A stretch of 32,000 nucleotides of DNA from Psychrobacter sp. HD31 (GTDB lineage Bacteria; Pseudomonadota; Gammaproteobacteria; Pseudomonadales; Moraxellaceae). Every line of letters begins with the position of its first letter. Position 1 is the stretch's first letter. The stretch spans positions 990,001 to 1,022,000 of the forward strand of contig NZ_CP142525.1 in NCBI RefSeq assembly GCF_051097895.1, in the 5' to 3' direction. Positions 8,303 through 18,712 of the stretch are shown piece by piece. The notes beneath the pieces were generated by a model. It was not told where the DNA came from. It saw nothing but the letters and a program-made list of their open reading frames with translations, and did not search any database. The translations under genes were made by a program, and so were the position numbers.

Positions 8303-9982
8303 ATGCAAGCTGCCACCAAATACTCATACTCTAGCCCTAACGCAACAATGCCAACAACCGCTGTTACCCAGCCACACTACCTAATGTGGTTTAGGCGTGA
8401 TTTGCGTATTCATGACAACACTGCATTAAGTGAGCTATGCCAACTGGCCAGCCAACATGATGCCAAAGTATCTGCCATTTTTTTTATTACCCCAAACCAA
8501 TGGCTTGAGCATAACATGGCATTAACGCAAGTGGATTTAATCTTGCGGACATTAACAGAGCTAACACGATTATTGTACTTACAATTTGAGATTCAACTAA
8601 CCGTTTTAGTAGAACAAAACTTTGATGACTGTACTAAAAAGTTAGTAGATTATTGTCAACAACAAGGTATACAACAGGTTTTTGCTAATCAAGAATATGA
8701 GCTAAACGAGATACAACGTGACCAAAATATTGGCAACCACCTTACTGCATTAAATATTGATTTTAAGCTGTTTCATGACCAATGTATTTTGCCACCTAAC
8801 GCCGTGCTCACTCAAGATGGGCAAATGTATAAAGTATTTACGCCATTTTATAAACGTTGGTTACAACAATTAGAGCTAAACAAACCTAGCCTTGCGCATA
8901 TTGAGCCAACTGTACAGTTATCTAACAAGCAACAAGCCACGCAGCAAACTTTAAACAAGCTTTTAAATAAACTGGAAGATACTACCCAGCCAACTTTAAA
9001 ATCATACCAACAAAGCTGGCTCAATAAAATTTTAGGTTCAAATTTAGATTTACAAAAACAATTTAATAGCAGCCACAACATAGATAGCCAACAACTGCTC
9101 GCCAATTGTAAAAGTGAGTTCCCTGCAGGAGAAGTAAACGCCTGCCATCGCCTTGATCAATTTATTAACCAAGATATCTTAAGTTATGACATTGCCAGAG
9201 ACGCCCCTGCGGCTAATCAAACCAGTGGGCTATCACCCTACTTAGCCATTGGAGCAGTTAGCCCAAGGCTTTGCTACTTGCAGGCATATAAAGCCTTAAA
9301 TAGTGCCAGCAATACTATTAACATTGGCAACAAGGGTAGCGACAGTGACAAATCCAACCACAGTACCGATATTTTACGTTGGATAAGTGAGTTAGCTTGG
9401 CGAGACTTTTATCGACATCAATTGGTTGCCAAACCAAACCTCATTAAACATCAAGCCTTTTACCCACGCATAGATGCTAAAGTTGCTTGGTCATACAACA
9501 CCTCAGAATTTAACCATTGGTGTTTTGGGCAAACTGGTTTTCCTATTGTTGATGCGGCTATGCGTTGTTTAACCGCAACTGGTTTTATGCACAACCGCCT
9601 ACGGATGATTGTTGCCATGTTTTTAACCAAAGATTTGCTAATAGACTGGCGCTTAGGTGAAAAGTATTTTATGCAAATGCTCATAGATGGTGATTTTGCA
9701 TCTAACAATGGTGGCTGGCAATGGAGCGCCTCAACAGGCACCGATGCGGCACCCTATTTTAGGATTATGAACCCATTTAGCCAAAGCAAAACACATGATA
9801 AAGATGCCATTTTTATCAAAACATGGTTGCCTGAACTTGCCAACGTGCCTGCCAACATATTGCATGATGAAGCAAAATTACGTAAATATTTAACCGAAAA
9901 CCCAAACCCTGACTACCCAATGCCCATTGTTGAGCATAAGCAAGCAAGATTAAGAGCAATTGAGCAGTTTAAACAAAGCTAA
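8303..9982 (+). CDS. phrB: deoxyribodipyrimidine photolyase (class I CPD photolyase/cryptochrome family)
   Basis: Motifs WFRRDLRIHDN, TSGLSPYLAIG, WRDFY, GFMHNRLRMIVAMFL, NNGGWQWSASTGTDAAPYFRIMNP. Alternative start at 8348 (MPTTAV). It begins 6 nt after the Nudix gene stop. Confidence 0.9.
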   Translation: MQAATKYSYSSPNATMPTTAVTQPHYLMWFRRDLRIHDNTALSELCQLASQHDAKVSAIFFITPNQWLEHNMALTQVDLILRTLTELTRLLYLQFEIQLTVLVEQNFDDCTKKLVDYCQQQGIQQVFANQEYELNEIQRDQNIGNHLTALNIDFKLFHDQCILPPNAVLTQDGQMYKVFTPFYKRWLQQLELNKPSLAHIEPTVQLSNKQQATQQTLNKLLNKLEDTTQPTLKSYQQSWLNKILGSNLDLQKQFNSSHNIDSQQLLANCKSEFPAGEVNACHRLDQFINQDILSYDIARDAPAANQTSGLSPYLAIGAVSPRLCYLQAYKALNSASNTINIGNKGSDSDKSNHSTDILRWISELAWRDFYRHQLVAKPNLIKHQAFYPRIDAKVAWSYNTSEFNHWCFGQTGFPIVDAAMRCLTATGFMHNRLRMIVAMFLTKDLLIDWRLGEKYFMQMLIDGDFASNNGGWQWSASTGTDAAPYFRIMNPFSQSKTHDKDAIFIKTWLPELANVPANILHDEAKLRKYLTENPNPDYPMPIVEHKQARLRAIEQFKQS

Positions 9983-10119
9983 AATCGTATTAACGCATGC
10001 AAAAGTATGAAATAAGCCACAATACACCGCTAACCTATTGCTTATTTAGTTCAGTTTAAATACCATAGTCAGATTAACTTTAAAACCATCATTTTAACGC
10101 TTTAACAAGGTAACACTCG

Positions 10120-11865
10120 ATGAAAGCCAGTAATTTTTTATTCTCAACATTAAAAGAAAACCCAAGTGATGCCGATGTCATATCTGCCCAACTTATGCTC
10201 CGTGCTGGTTTAATCCGCAAACTTGCCTCTGGTTTATATGTTTGGATGCCAATGGGATTGCGTGTTTTACAAAAGGTAGAGCGCATTGTAAGAGAAGAAA
10301 TGCAAGCCATTAATTGCCAAGAGTTATTAATGCCAATGACACAACCTGCCGAGCTTTGGCAGGAGTCTGGACGTTTTGAAGATTATGGCGCCGAACTTTT
10401 ACGCTTTAAAGACCGCCATAAGCGTGATTTTGTGCTTGGTCCTACGCATGAAGAGGTTATCACCGATATTGCACGTAATGAGCTGCGTAGCTATAAACAA
10501 TTGCCTATTTCTTTCTTTCAAATTCAAAGTAAATTTAGAGACGAAATCCGCCCACGTTTTGGCATCATGCGTGCCCGTGAATTCACCATGAAAGATGCCT
10601 ACTCGTTTCATATTGATCAAGAATCTTTAGCCCAAACTTATGACGATATGTACCGCGCTTATTGCAACATATTTGACCGTTTGGGGCTAGAATATCGCCC
10701 TGTACAGGCAGATACTGGTTCAATTGGTGGCTCAGAATCGCATGAGTTTCAGGTATTGGCAAACAGTGGTGAAGACGATATTGTATTTTCTGACAGCTCA
10801 GACTTTGCAGCAAATATTGAACTGGCTGAAGCCATCTGTCATGACGTACGCCCTGCGCCAACTCAAACTCCAACCGATGTCGATACCATTAATATGCCAA
10901 CGTGCGAACAAGTGGCAGAACATTTAGGCATACCATTAGCACAAACCGTTAAAACCCTTATTGTACAAGGCGTACCAGAGCTAAATGAAGAAGGCGAAGT
11001 GGTTAATCAACCCCTTGTTGCCGTAATTTTGCGTGGCGATCATAGCTTAAATGAAGTGAAGGCAGAAAAAATTGCAGCAGTTGCAACCCCACTACAAATG
11101 GCAACAGAAGAACAAATGAAAGCCGCTGGTTTGGTTAAAGGCTATATTGGCGTTAACCCACTTGATGTGAATCAGCTACCTGTATATGTTGACCGTGCTG
11201 CCGCCGCCTTAGCGGACTTTGTTTGCGGTGCAAACGTGGTAGATAAACACACCACGGGTATGAACTGGGAGCGTGATGCGCAAATTACTGACGTTGTAGA
11301 CATTCGTAACGTGGTTGAAGGTGATCCATCACCAGATGGTAAAGGCACCCTAAGCATTAAACGCGGTATTGAAGTTGGACATATTTTCCAACTCGGTGAT
11401 AAATACTCTAAAGCATTAAATGCAACGGTGCAAGATCCAAATGGTAAACCAGCAACCATGATGATGGGCTGTTATGGCATTGGTGTTAGCCGTATCATTG
11501 CTGCATGTATTGAGCAAAACCATGATGACAACGGTATTATTTGGCCAAAAACACCCCAGTTGCAAGACTCAATTGCACCGTTTGATGTTGCCATTGTACC
11601 TATGAAGTCTAAAGAAGAGACGGTTATTAATACCGCTACTGCTTTATATAAAGAATTAAAAGCCAAAGGTATTAACGTTATTTTAGATGATCGTAATGAA
11701 CGCCCAGGTGTTAAATTTGCTGATTTAGAACTAATTGGTATCCCACACCGTATTGTTGTATCTGACCGCAATTTGGCAGAAAACAAATATGAATACGTTT
11801 TCCGTCAAGATGGTGAAAAACAATTGCTAAATAAAGATGAGCTACTAAATAAAGTGTGCGGATAA
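10120..11865 (+). CDS. proS: proline--tRNA ligase (bacterial type with INS editing domain)
   Basis: 581 aa. Class II aaRS motifs [25 protein letters not shown] and [10 protein letters not shown], plus the anticodon-binding C-terminus. Confidence 0.97.
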   Translation: MKASNFLFSTLKENPSDADVISAQLMLRAGLIRKLASGLYVWMPMGLRVLQKVERIVREEMQAINCQELLMPMTQPAELWQESGRFEDYGAELLRFKDRHKRDFVLGPTHEEVITDIARNELRSYKQLPISFFQIQSKFRDEIRPRFGIMRAREFTMKDAYSFHIDQESLAQTYDDMYRAYCNIFDRLGLEYRPVQADTGSIGGSESHEFQVLANSGEDDIVFSDSSDFAANIELAEAICHDVRPAPTQTPTDVDTINMPTCEQVAEHLGIPLAQTVKTLIVQGVPELNEEGEVVNQPLVAVILRGDHSLNEVKAEKIAAVATPLQMATEEQMKAAGLVKGYIGVNPLDVNQLPVYVDRAAAALADFVCGANVVDKHTTGMNWERDAQITDVVDIRNVVEGDPSPDGKGTLSIKRGIEVGHIFQLGDKYSKALNATVQDPNGKPATMMMGCYGIGVSRIIAACIEQNHDDNGIIWPKTPQLQDSIAPFDVAIVPMKSKEETVINTATALYKELKAKGINVILDDRNERPGVKFADLELIGIPHRIVVSDRNLAENKYEYVFRQDGEKQLLNKDELLNKVCG

Positions 11866-11888
11866 AATCACACTCTTATTAAATAAAG

Positions 11889-11920
11889 ACCATCTAGCAA
11901 AATGTTAGGTGGTTTTTTTT
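11889..11920 (+). terminator. intrinsic terminator of proS
   Basis: 8-bp stem ACCATCTA (11889-11896) / TAGGTGGT (11906-11913) with one G-U pair, then T8 (11913-11920). Confidence 0.8.
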
Positions 11921-12008
11921 ATAATTATCAATTGATAACTCATTTTATATTGTCAGGATTGCATCCTGCCGTTTATCTCCTACTTTTTATGCTCTTATAA
12001 CAAGCCAC

Positions 12009-12035
12009 AAAAAAACCCTAACCAATCGGTTAGGG
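12009..12035 (-). terminator. intrinsic terminator of etfA
   Basis: Stem CCCTAACC (12016-12023) / GGTTAGGG (12028-12035) with a 4-nt loop. On the minus strand it is followed by U7 (plus-strand A-run 12009-12015). Confidence 0.85.
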
Positions 12036-12063
12036 CTTCATGCATCATGTAATTATAAGTTAA

Positions 12064-12996
12064 TTACAACTTGCTAGTCATCTCAGGTACTGCTTCAAAT
12101 AAGTCAGCTTCTAAGAAGTAATCAGCAACACTTGCAATTGGTGCTTCTGGATCAGTGTTGATAGCAACAATCACCTTAGAATCACCCATACCTGCTAAAT
12201 GCTGGATGGCACCAGAAATACCACATGCAATGTACAATGATGGTGCAACCACTTTACCAGTTTGACCAACCTGTAAGTCGTTTGGTACAAAACCAGCGTC
12301 AACTGCGGCACGTGATGCGCCAACTGCAGCACCTAATTTGTCTGCTAATGGTTCAATCACTTTTTCAAAGTTTTCGCCACTTGCCAATGCACGGCCACCA
12401 GAAACAATGATTTCTGCCGAAGTTAGTTCTGGACGGTCAGACTTAGCCAATTCTTCACCAACAAATGATGATTTACCTAAATCAGCTGCTGTCGCTACCG
12501 CTTCTACCGCTGCGCTACCGCCTTCTGCAGCAGCTGCATCAAACGCAGTACCACGGACAGTAACTAAAATTTTATCTTCGCTAGATTTAACTGTAGCTGT
12601 TGCATTACCTGCATAAATTGGGCGGTCAAAAGTGTTTGCGTCAACCACAGCCGTAATGTCTGAAATCATGCTAACATTTGATAATGCGGCAACACGTGGC
12701 AAAAAGTTTTTACCAGTGGTTGTTGCTGGTGCAACTACGTGGCTATAGTCAGCCGCTAGTTCATTTACTAGCAAAGAAATGTTTTCTGCTAATTGGTTTG
12801 CATACGCTGCATTGTCTGCTAATAACACTTTGCTAACACCTACGACTTTAGCAGCTTCATCTGCTACTGCTGCACAGCCAGAGCCAGCAACTAATACGTG
12901 AACGTCACCACCAATTTGAGTGGCTGCTGTAATGGTGTTTAAAGTTGCCTTTTTAAGACTGGCATTGTCATGTTCTGCATATACTAAAATTGCCAT
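12064..12996 (-). CDS. etfA: electron transfer flavoprotein, alpha subunit
   Basis: 310 aa. C-terminal FAD-binding signature [36 protein letters not shown]. It lies directly downstream of etfB. Confidence 0.95.
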   Translation of the reverse strand: MAILVYAEHDNASLKKATLNTITAATQIGGDVHVLVAGSGCAAVADEAAKVVGVSKVLLADNAAYANQLAENISLLVNELAADYSHVVAPATTTGKNFLPRVAALSNVSMISDITAVVDANTFDRPIYAGNATATVKSSEDKILVTVRGTAFDAAAAEGGSAAVEAVATAADLGKSSFVGEELAKSDRPELTSAEIIVSGGRALASGENFEKVIEPLADKLGAAVGASRAAVDAGFVPNDLQVGQTGKVVAPSLYIACGISGAIQHLAGMGDSKVIVAINTDPEAPIASVADYFLEADLFEAVPEMTSKL

Positions 12997-13035
12997 TGTT
13001 CTTATTCCTTAAAATATGGTTAGTAAACGATTGAA

Positions 13036-13785
13036 TTAGATAACTTTTGCTTCATTTCTTAGCTTATCAATCAACTCATCAACAGAAGCAACAGTGATGC
13101 CTGCTTGACGTTCTGCTGGTGGTACAACCTTAATTGTTTCAAGTTTAGAAGCCATTTCTACACCATAATCTGCTGGTGTTTTTTCATCTAGTGGCTTTTT
13201 CTTAGCTTTCATGATATTAGGCAATTTTGCATAACGAGGCTCATTTAGGCGTAAGTCAGTCGTAATGATGGCTGGCAAATCTAATGCCACGGTTTGTAAA
13301 CCACCGTCAATTTCACGTGTTACTGTTGCTTTACCATCTGCAACTTTAACTTCTGAAGCAAATGTACCCTGACCAGCACCCATTAACGCAGCCAACATCT
13401 GACCTGTTTGGTTGTTGTCTTCATCAATTGCTTGTTTACCAAGTAGTACAACTTCTGTACCTTCTTGATCAGCAATACCTTTTAAGATTTTTGCAACTTG
13501 TAGTGGATATGCTTTTTCATCAGTTTGAACTAAGATACCACGGTCAGCACCCAGTGCCAACGCGCCACGGATTTGTTCTTGAGATTCTTTAGGACCAATT
13601 GAAGCAACAATAATTTCGTCAACAATACCTGCTTCTTTTAATCGAACTGCTTCTTCTACAGCAATTTCACAAAACGGGTTGATAGACATCTTTGTGTTTG
13701 TTAAATCAACACCAGAGTTATCAGCCTTTACGCGTACCTTTACGTTATAATCAATCACACGCTTTACAGCGACTAATGCTTTCAT
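13036..13785 (-). CDS. etfB: electron transfer flavoprotein, beta subunit
   Basis: 249 aa. Begins [19 protein letters not shown], with typical EtfB length and layout, and pairs with etfA. Confidence 0.95.
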   Translation of the reverse strand: MKALVAVKRVIDYNVKVRVKADNSGVDLTNTKMSINPFCEIAVEEAVRLKEAGIVDEIIVASIGPKESQEQIRGALALGADRGILVQTDEKAYPLQVAKILKGIADQEGTEVVLLGKQAIDEDNNQTGQMLAALMGAGQGTFASEVKVADGKATVTREIDGGLQTVALDLPAIITTDLRLNEPRYAKLPNIMKAKKKPLDEKTPADYGVEMASKLETIKVVPPAERQAGITVASVDELIDKLRNEAKVI

Positions 13786-13886
13786 ACGTTCCTCTTTTAT
13801 CTTTGTTTATTTTACAAAAAAACCCAATAGCAGTATAACAATTACTAGGCACTTAACCAAGTAAAAGATAACTATTATTAATAGAT

Positions 13887-13915
13887 ATAATGCGACGAGT
13901 GTCGCTTTTGGTCAA
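13887..13915 (-). promoter_or_regulatory. candidate sigma70 promoter for etfBA
   Basis: On the minus strand: TTGACC (13915-13910), a 17-nt spacer, then CATTAT (13892-13887). The spacer contains a GCGAC/GTCGC hairpin. Confidence 0.35.
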
Positions 13916-14020
13916 GATGGCTATGTGAATATATGGTCATTTTTTATTTGCTTATTTTTAAAGCCATCGCTTGATTTTTTTATCAAAAAAAACCTGTCTA
14001 ACAAGCAAATAGTTATACTA

Positions 14021-14455
14021 TCAAATTAGTTGTGGTGCAACCCATGGCAATATCAACAAACCAATACACAAAACCAAAAACACCATAGCAAATGCTTGGC
14101 TATATTCAATATAAGGCTTTGGTATGATAATGTCTTCTGCAGAGTTTGGTAACTCATGGTTACTGATAAGACGGGTGATATAAACCCAGCCGTATAAGCT
14201 GTATATCATATACACAACAGGCACTACTTTATAGATTGGTGACATCTCAACAAAATACAATATGGTACCCGAAACAAAAAACCATAATGTTTCTAAAATA
14301 GACCCAACATAAAACCAAGTTGAATTTGGCATTTTACCTTTGGTTGATATCAGCTTACTGCCTTCTATCCAGATAATAATCGCAACAAATGCACTCATAG
14401 CAATATAAATGGAGGTAACCGAAAAAGTGAAATTTAAAAACTGCAATTGAAACAT
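14021..14455 (-). CDS. hypothetical integral membrane protein (4 predicted TM helices)
   Basis: 144 aa with four hydrophobic segments: SVTSIYIAMSAFVAIIIWI, WFYVGSILETLWFFVSGTILYFV, IYKVVPVVYMIYSLYGWVYI, AFAMVFLVLCIGLLILPWV. I recognise no family motif. It has its own flanking intergenic regions. Confidence 0.6.
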   Translation of the reverse strand: MFQLQFLNFTFSVTSIYIAMSAFVAIIIWIEGSKLISTKGKMPNSTWFYVGSILETLWFFVSGTILYFVEMSPIYKVVPVVYMIYSLYGWVYITRLISNHELPNSAEDIIIPKPYIEYSQAFAMVFLVLCIGLLILPWVAPQLI

Positions 14456-14610
14456 TTAAAAGTGATTTCCTGTATTTTATTTTTGCCGTTATTTTTTGAT
14501 TTTTTGTGTTCGCTATTAGCAATAAATTTTACTATTTTTGTTGAACACCCACGTTAAAGTAAATTTATTAAAATAAAAGAGCTCACGTTTTAAAGCGCAT
14601 CATGCCCCAT

Positions 14611-14658
14611 CAAAAAACAACGTAAAACCCCTTACTATGATAGCACAGTAAGGGGTTT
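14611..14658 (-). terminator. intrinsic terminator of ilvC
   Basis: 11-bp stem AAACCCCTTAC (14625-14635) / GTAAGGGGTTT (14648-14658). On the minus strand it is followed by UUUACGUUGUUUUUU. Confidence 0.8.
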
Positions 14659-14698
14659 GATATCGGCTTGAAGCTTATCGATTCTTAAAAACTAAAAC

Positions 14699-15757
<1,059 letters not shown>

Positions 15758-15907
15758 CTAGCCAGCCGTTTTGTTAATTTGTTTTCTGGCATTATGCCAG
15801 TTGGTTAAAAAACCTGTTATCTAAGTGTCATGATGCCACAAAAAACTCAGTTTATAGCACCATCATAAAGCTTGATATATCATTATCTGCTTATTAAAGT
15901 TTTAAAA

Positions 15908-16405
15908 CTAAAGATTAAGCACCTTTTCACCACGTGCAATGCCAATAATGCCCGAGCGAACTACCTCTAAAACTTTATCTTTACCAATAATATCAATAAA
16001 AGCATCTAATTTAGCGGTATCACCGGTTATTTGAATGCTATATAAGTTGGCAGATACATCCACAACTTGCGCACGGAAAATATCGGCACTGCGTTTAATT
16101 TCTTCACGCATACTGCCAGAAGCTCGTACTTTAATTAGCATAAGCTCACGCTCAACGTGTTGGATATCTGATAAGTTAATCACTTTAATCACTTCAACCA
16201 GCTTATTTAGCTGCTTAGTGATTTGTTCTATATTATCTGGCGAGGTCACCGTTGTTAAGTTTAATCGAGAAATCGTTGGATCATCTGTTGGTGCAACGTT
16301 TAAGGTTTCAATGTTATAACCACGCTGTGAAAATAAGCCAACTACTCGAGATAACGACCCTGACTCATTTTCCATCAATACTGAAATCAAATGTTGTTGT
16401 TTCAT
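15908..16405 (-). CDS. ilvH: acetolactate synthase III, small regulatory subunit
   Basis: ACT domain ISVLMENESGSLSRVVGLFSQRGYNIETL. The start is set at [10 protein letters not shown] (ATG 16405-16403), which overlaps the ilvI TAA by 1 nt (TAATG). The ORF-track start at 16432 would overlap ilvI. Confidence 0.94.
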   Translation of the reverse strand: MKQQHLISVLMENESGSLSRVVGLFSQRGYNIETLNVAPTDDPTISRLNLTTVTSPDNIEQITKQLNKLVEVIKVINLSDIQHVERELMLIKVRASGSMREEIKRSADIFRAQVVDVSANLYSIQITGDTAKLDAFIDIIGKDKVLEVVRSGIIGIARGEKVLNL

Positions 16406-18180
16406 TAGGTGCGCTCCCCTTTTGATAACCACATATCACGCATAGATTGCCCTGCAACCTGCATTGGGTATACATGCTCATGTTTATCGACATAGACATC
16501 AATAAATACTAATTTGTCTTTAAGTGCCATCGCTTCAGCAAGTTGCTCTTCTAACTTGTTTGGATCGGTTATTTTAATACCGACATGGTGATAGCTCTCT
16601 GCAAGTTTTTTAAAGTCTGGCAATGACTTCATGTATGATTGGGCATGGCGACCTTCATAAATCATATCTTGCCATTGCTTAACCATACCTAACTGTGCAT
16701 TATTTAGGTTTAAAATTTTAACAGGGATATCATATTGCAAACAGGTAGAAAGCTCTTGAATATTCATCTGAATAGAACCCTCGCCCGTGATACAAACAAC
16801 GTCTCTTTCTGGACTAGCAAGCTTAGCTGCCATCGCATATGGCAAACCAACACCCATGGTACCTAAGCCACCAGAATTTAGCCACTGACGTGGTTCGTCA
16901 TATTTATAATATAACGCAGCAAACATTTGGTGCTGACCAACATCACTGGTAATAATGGCTTTACCATTGGTTACTTTATACAATGCTTCAACCGCATGCT
17001 GTGGCTTAATGCTATTTTCACCTGCTTTTATTAATGCTTCAGAAGGATTGTCATAACGTAACCCATGACGATGTCGCCACTGTACAATTTGGTTCCACCA
17101 ATCTTCTAACGCCCTTTCATCAAGCTTTGTATCTCTTGCTTCTATCGCTGCCTGCATTTCATTCAATACATTTTTAACATCGCCCACAATTGGGATGTGT
17201 GCATGAATGGTTTTAGAAATTGACGTTGGATCAATATCAATATGAATCACGGTTGCATTAGGGCAGAATTTTTTAACATTATTGGTAACACGGTCATCAA
17301 AACGCGCACCAACGGCTAAAATAACATCAGCATGATGCATGGTCATATTGGCTTCATAGGTGCCGTGCATACCTAACATACCTAAAAACTGACGGTCAGA
17401 ACCAGGGTACGCACCCAAGCCCATTAAGGTATTGGTTACAGGTAAATTTAAATATTTAGCAAGCTTAGTTAGCTGCTCATGTGCATTGCCTAAAATTACA
17501 CCGCCGCCAGAATACAACACAGGGCGTTTTGCAGCTAATAGTGCATCAACAGCCTTTTTTATTTGCCCAGCGTGCCCTTTAACTGACGGCTGAAAAGAAC
17601 GAACAAAAACCTCATTAGGGTATTCATAAGGATACTTTTCATTTGGTGCTGTCATATCTTTTGGCACATCAACCACTACTGGACCGGGACGACCCGAGGC
17701 AGCAATGTGGAATGCCTTTTTCATGATGGTTGGAATATCACGTGGATCTCGAACCTGGAAACTATGTTTCACAACAGGGCGAGAAATACCAACCATATCA
17801 CACTCTTGGAAAGCATCTTCACCAATTAGGCTGCTTGGCACCTGACCTGTGATAACCACCATAGGTATTGAATCTGTAAATGCTGTTGCAATTGCCGTTA
17901 CTGTGTTGGTTGCACCAGGACCTGAAGTTGCCAATACGACCCCTGTACGCCCTGTTACACGAGAGTATGCATCTGCCATATGCCCTGCGGCTTGTTCATG
18001 GCGCACCAAAATATGTTCGATTTTATCCTGTTTAAAAATCTCATCATAAATGTGCAATACCGCACCACCAGGATAACCAAAGATATAGTCTATCCCTTCA
18101 TCGATTAAAGACTGCACCAACATCTCAGCACCTGATAACATTGGCAAGTCATTTTGTTGTGTTTGTTCAGTTTGAGTCAC
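16405..18180 (-). CDS. ilvI: acetolactate synthase III, large catalytic subunit
   Basis: 591 aa. ThDP enzyme motifs [47 protein letters not shown] start at 18180 with an AAGGGG SD. An alternative ATG 39 nt downstream (MLSGAEML) aligns with the E. coli IlvI N-terminus. Confidence 0.95.
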   Translation of the reverse strand: MTQTEQTQQNDLPMLSGAEMLVQSLIDEGIDYIFGYPGGAVLHIYDEIFKQDKIEHILVRHEQAAGHMADAYSRVTGRTGVVLATSGPGATNTVTAIATAFTDSIPMVVITGQVPSSLIGEDAFQECDMVGISRPVVKHSFQVRDPRDIPTIMKKAFHIAASGRPGPVVVDVPKDMTAPNEKYPYEYPNEVFVRSFQPSVKGHAGQIKKAVDALLAAKRPVLYSGGGVILGNAHEQLTKLAKYLNLPVTNTLMGLGAYPGSDRQFLGMLGMHGTYEANMTMHHADVILAVGARFDDRVTNNVKKFCPNATVIHIDIDPTSISKTIHAHIPIVGDVKNVLNEMQAAIEARDTKLDERALEDWWNQIVQWRHRHGLRYDNPSEALIKAGENSIKPQHAVEALYKVTNGKAIITSDVGQHQMFAALYYKYDEPRQWLNSGGLGTMGVGLPYAMAAKLASPERDVVCITGEGSIQMNIQELSTCLQYDIPVKILNLNNAQLGMVKQWQDMIYEGRHAQSYMKSLPDFKKLAESYHHVGIKITDPNKLEEQLAEAMALKDKLVFIDVYVDKHEHVYPMQVAGQSMRDMWLSKGERT

Positions 18181-18610
18181 TGTAATCCCCTTACATTATT
18201 GGTAAGCAAATAAACTGGTGGAAGATTAATCACCTTAAAATAGACGATTTAAAACCAAGTCAAAAATACAACTATTCACTTGATGATTGCTTGCTACAAA
18301 ATCATGTGGATACAGTAAAGAAAAAAGTGCTAGGGCAAATATGAGGTATGAAAGAATTGAAAATTGCAATATTTACGAAGTAAAACTGATGTAAAAACTA
18401 CGGTGAGTTTTATGATGAATATCAATTTAAAAAAAATACTGCATTAGTCACTGTCAACCGATAAGCCCAACGCCATAAACAAGTTACTTTTTTAAGTTAC
18501 TGTTATAGCCACATTGTAATATCTGCTAAGCAACAAACGGTAATTTGCTCTTATTTAGATAGTTACAAGCAGTCCATTAATATGAACTACTGACCAATTT
18601 ATATACCCCT

Positions 18611-18639
18611 ATATTCTATTTTTCTTGCAACTTTGTCAA
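18611..18639 (-). promoter_or_regulatory. candidate distal sigma70 promoter upstream of ilvIHC
   Basis: On the minus strand: consensus TTGACA (18639-18634), followed by TAGAAT at a 15-nt spacing or GAATAT at 17 nt. If used, it implies a leader of about 430 nt. Confidence 0.3.
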
Positions 18640-18712
18640 TAAAATTATCTTAAGGGACTAAATAACTTTTTGTTATGCTGTAAAACAAGCCCACAATATC
18701 AAACAATCTAAA

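Noticed and set aside
11919-11940. A Fur-box reading of the TTATCAATTGATAA palindrome, which would suggest a possible Fur-regulated sRNA.
   Set aside because: My best hand alignment to the 19-bp Fur consensus GATAATGATAATCATTATC gives only about 12 of 19 matches, with the half-sites in the reverse order. That is easily reached by chance in AT-rich sequence. No U-tailed terminator follows on the + strand.
18181-18712. The idea that the nnr-ilvI gap is a decayed tsaE pseudogene, or that it encodes a branched-chain amino-acid leader peptide (for example MALGLSVDSD at 18476-18444, minus strand).
   Set aside because: Reading all three minus-strand frames by eye shows dense stop codons and no remnant of the TsaE P-loop (GxxGAGKT). 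The 10-aa peptide has only three Leu/Val residues, no tandem regulatory codons, no SD and no downstream terminator/antiterminator pair.
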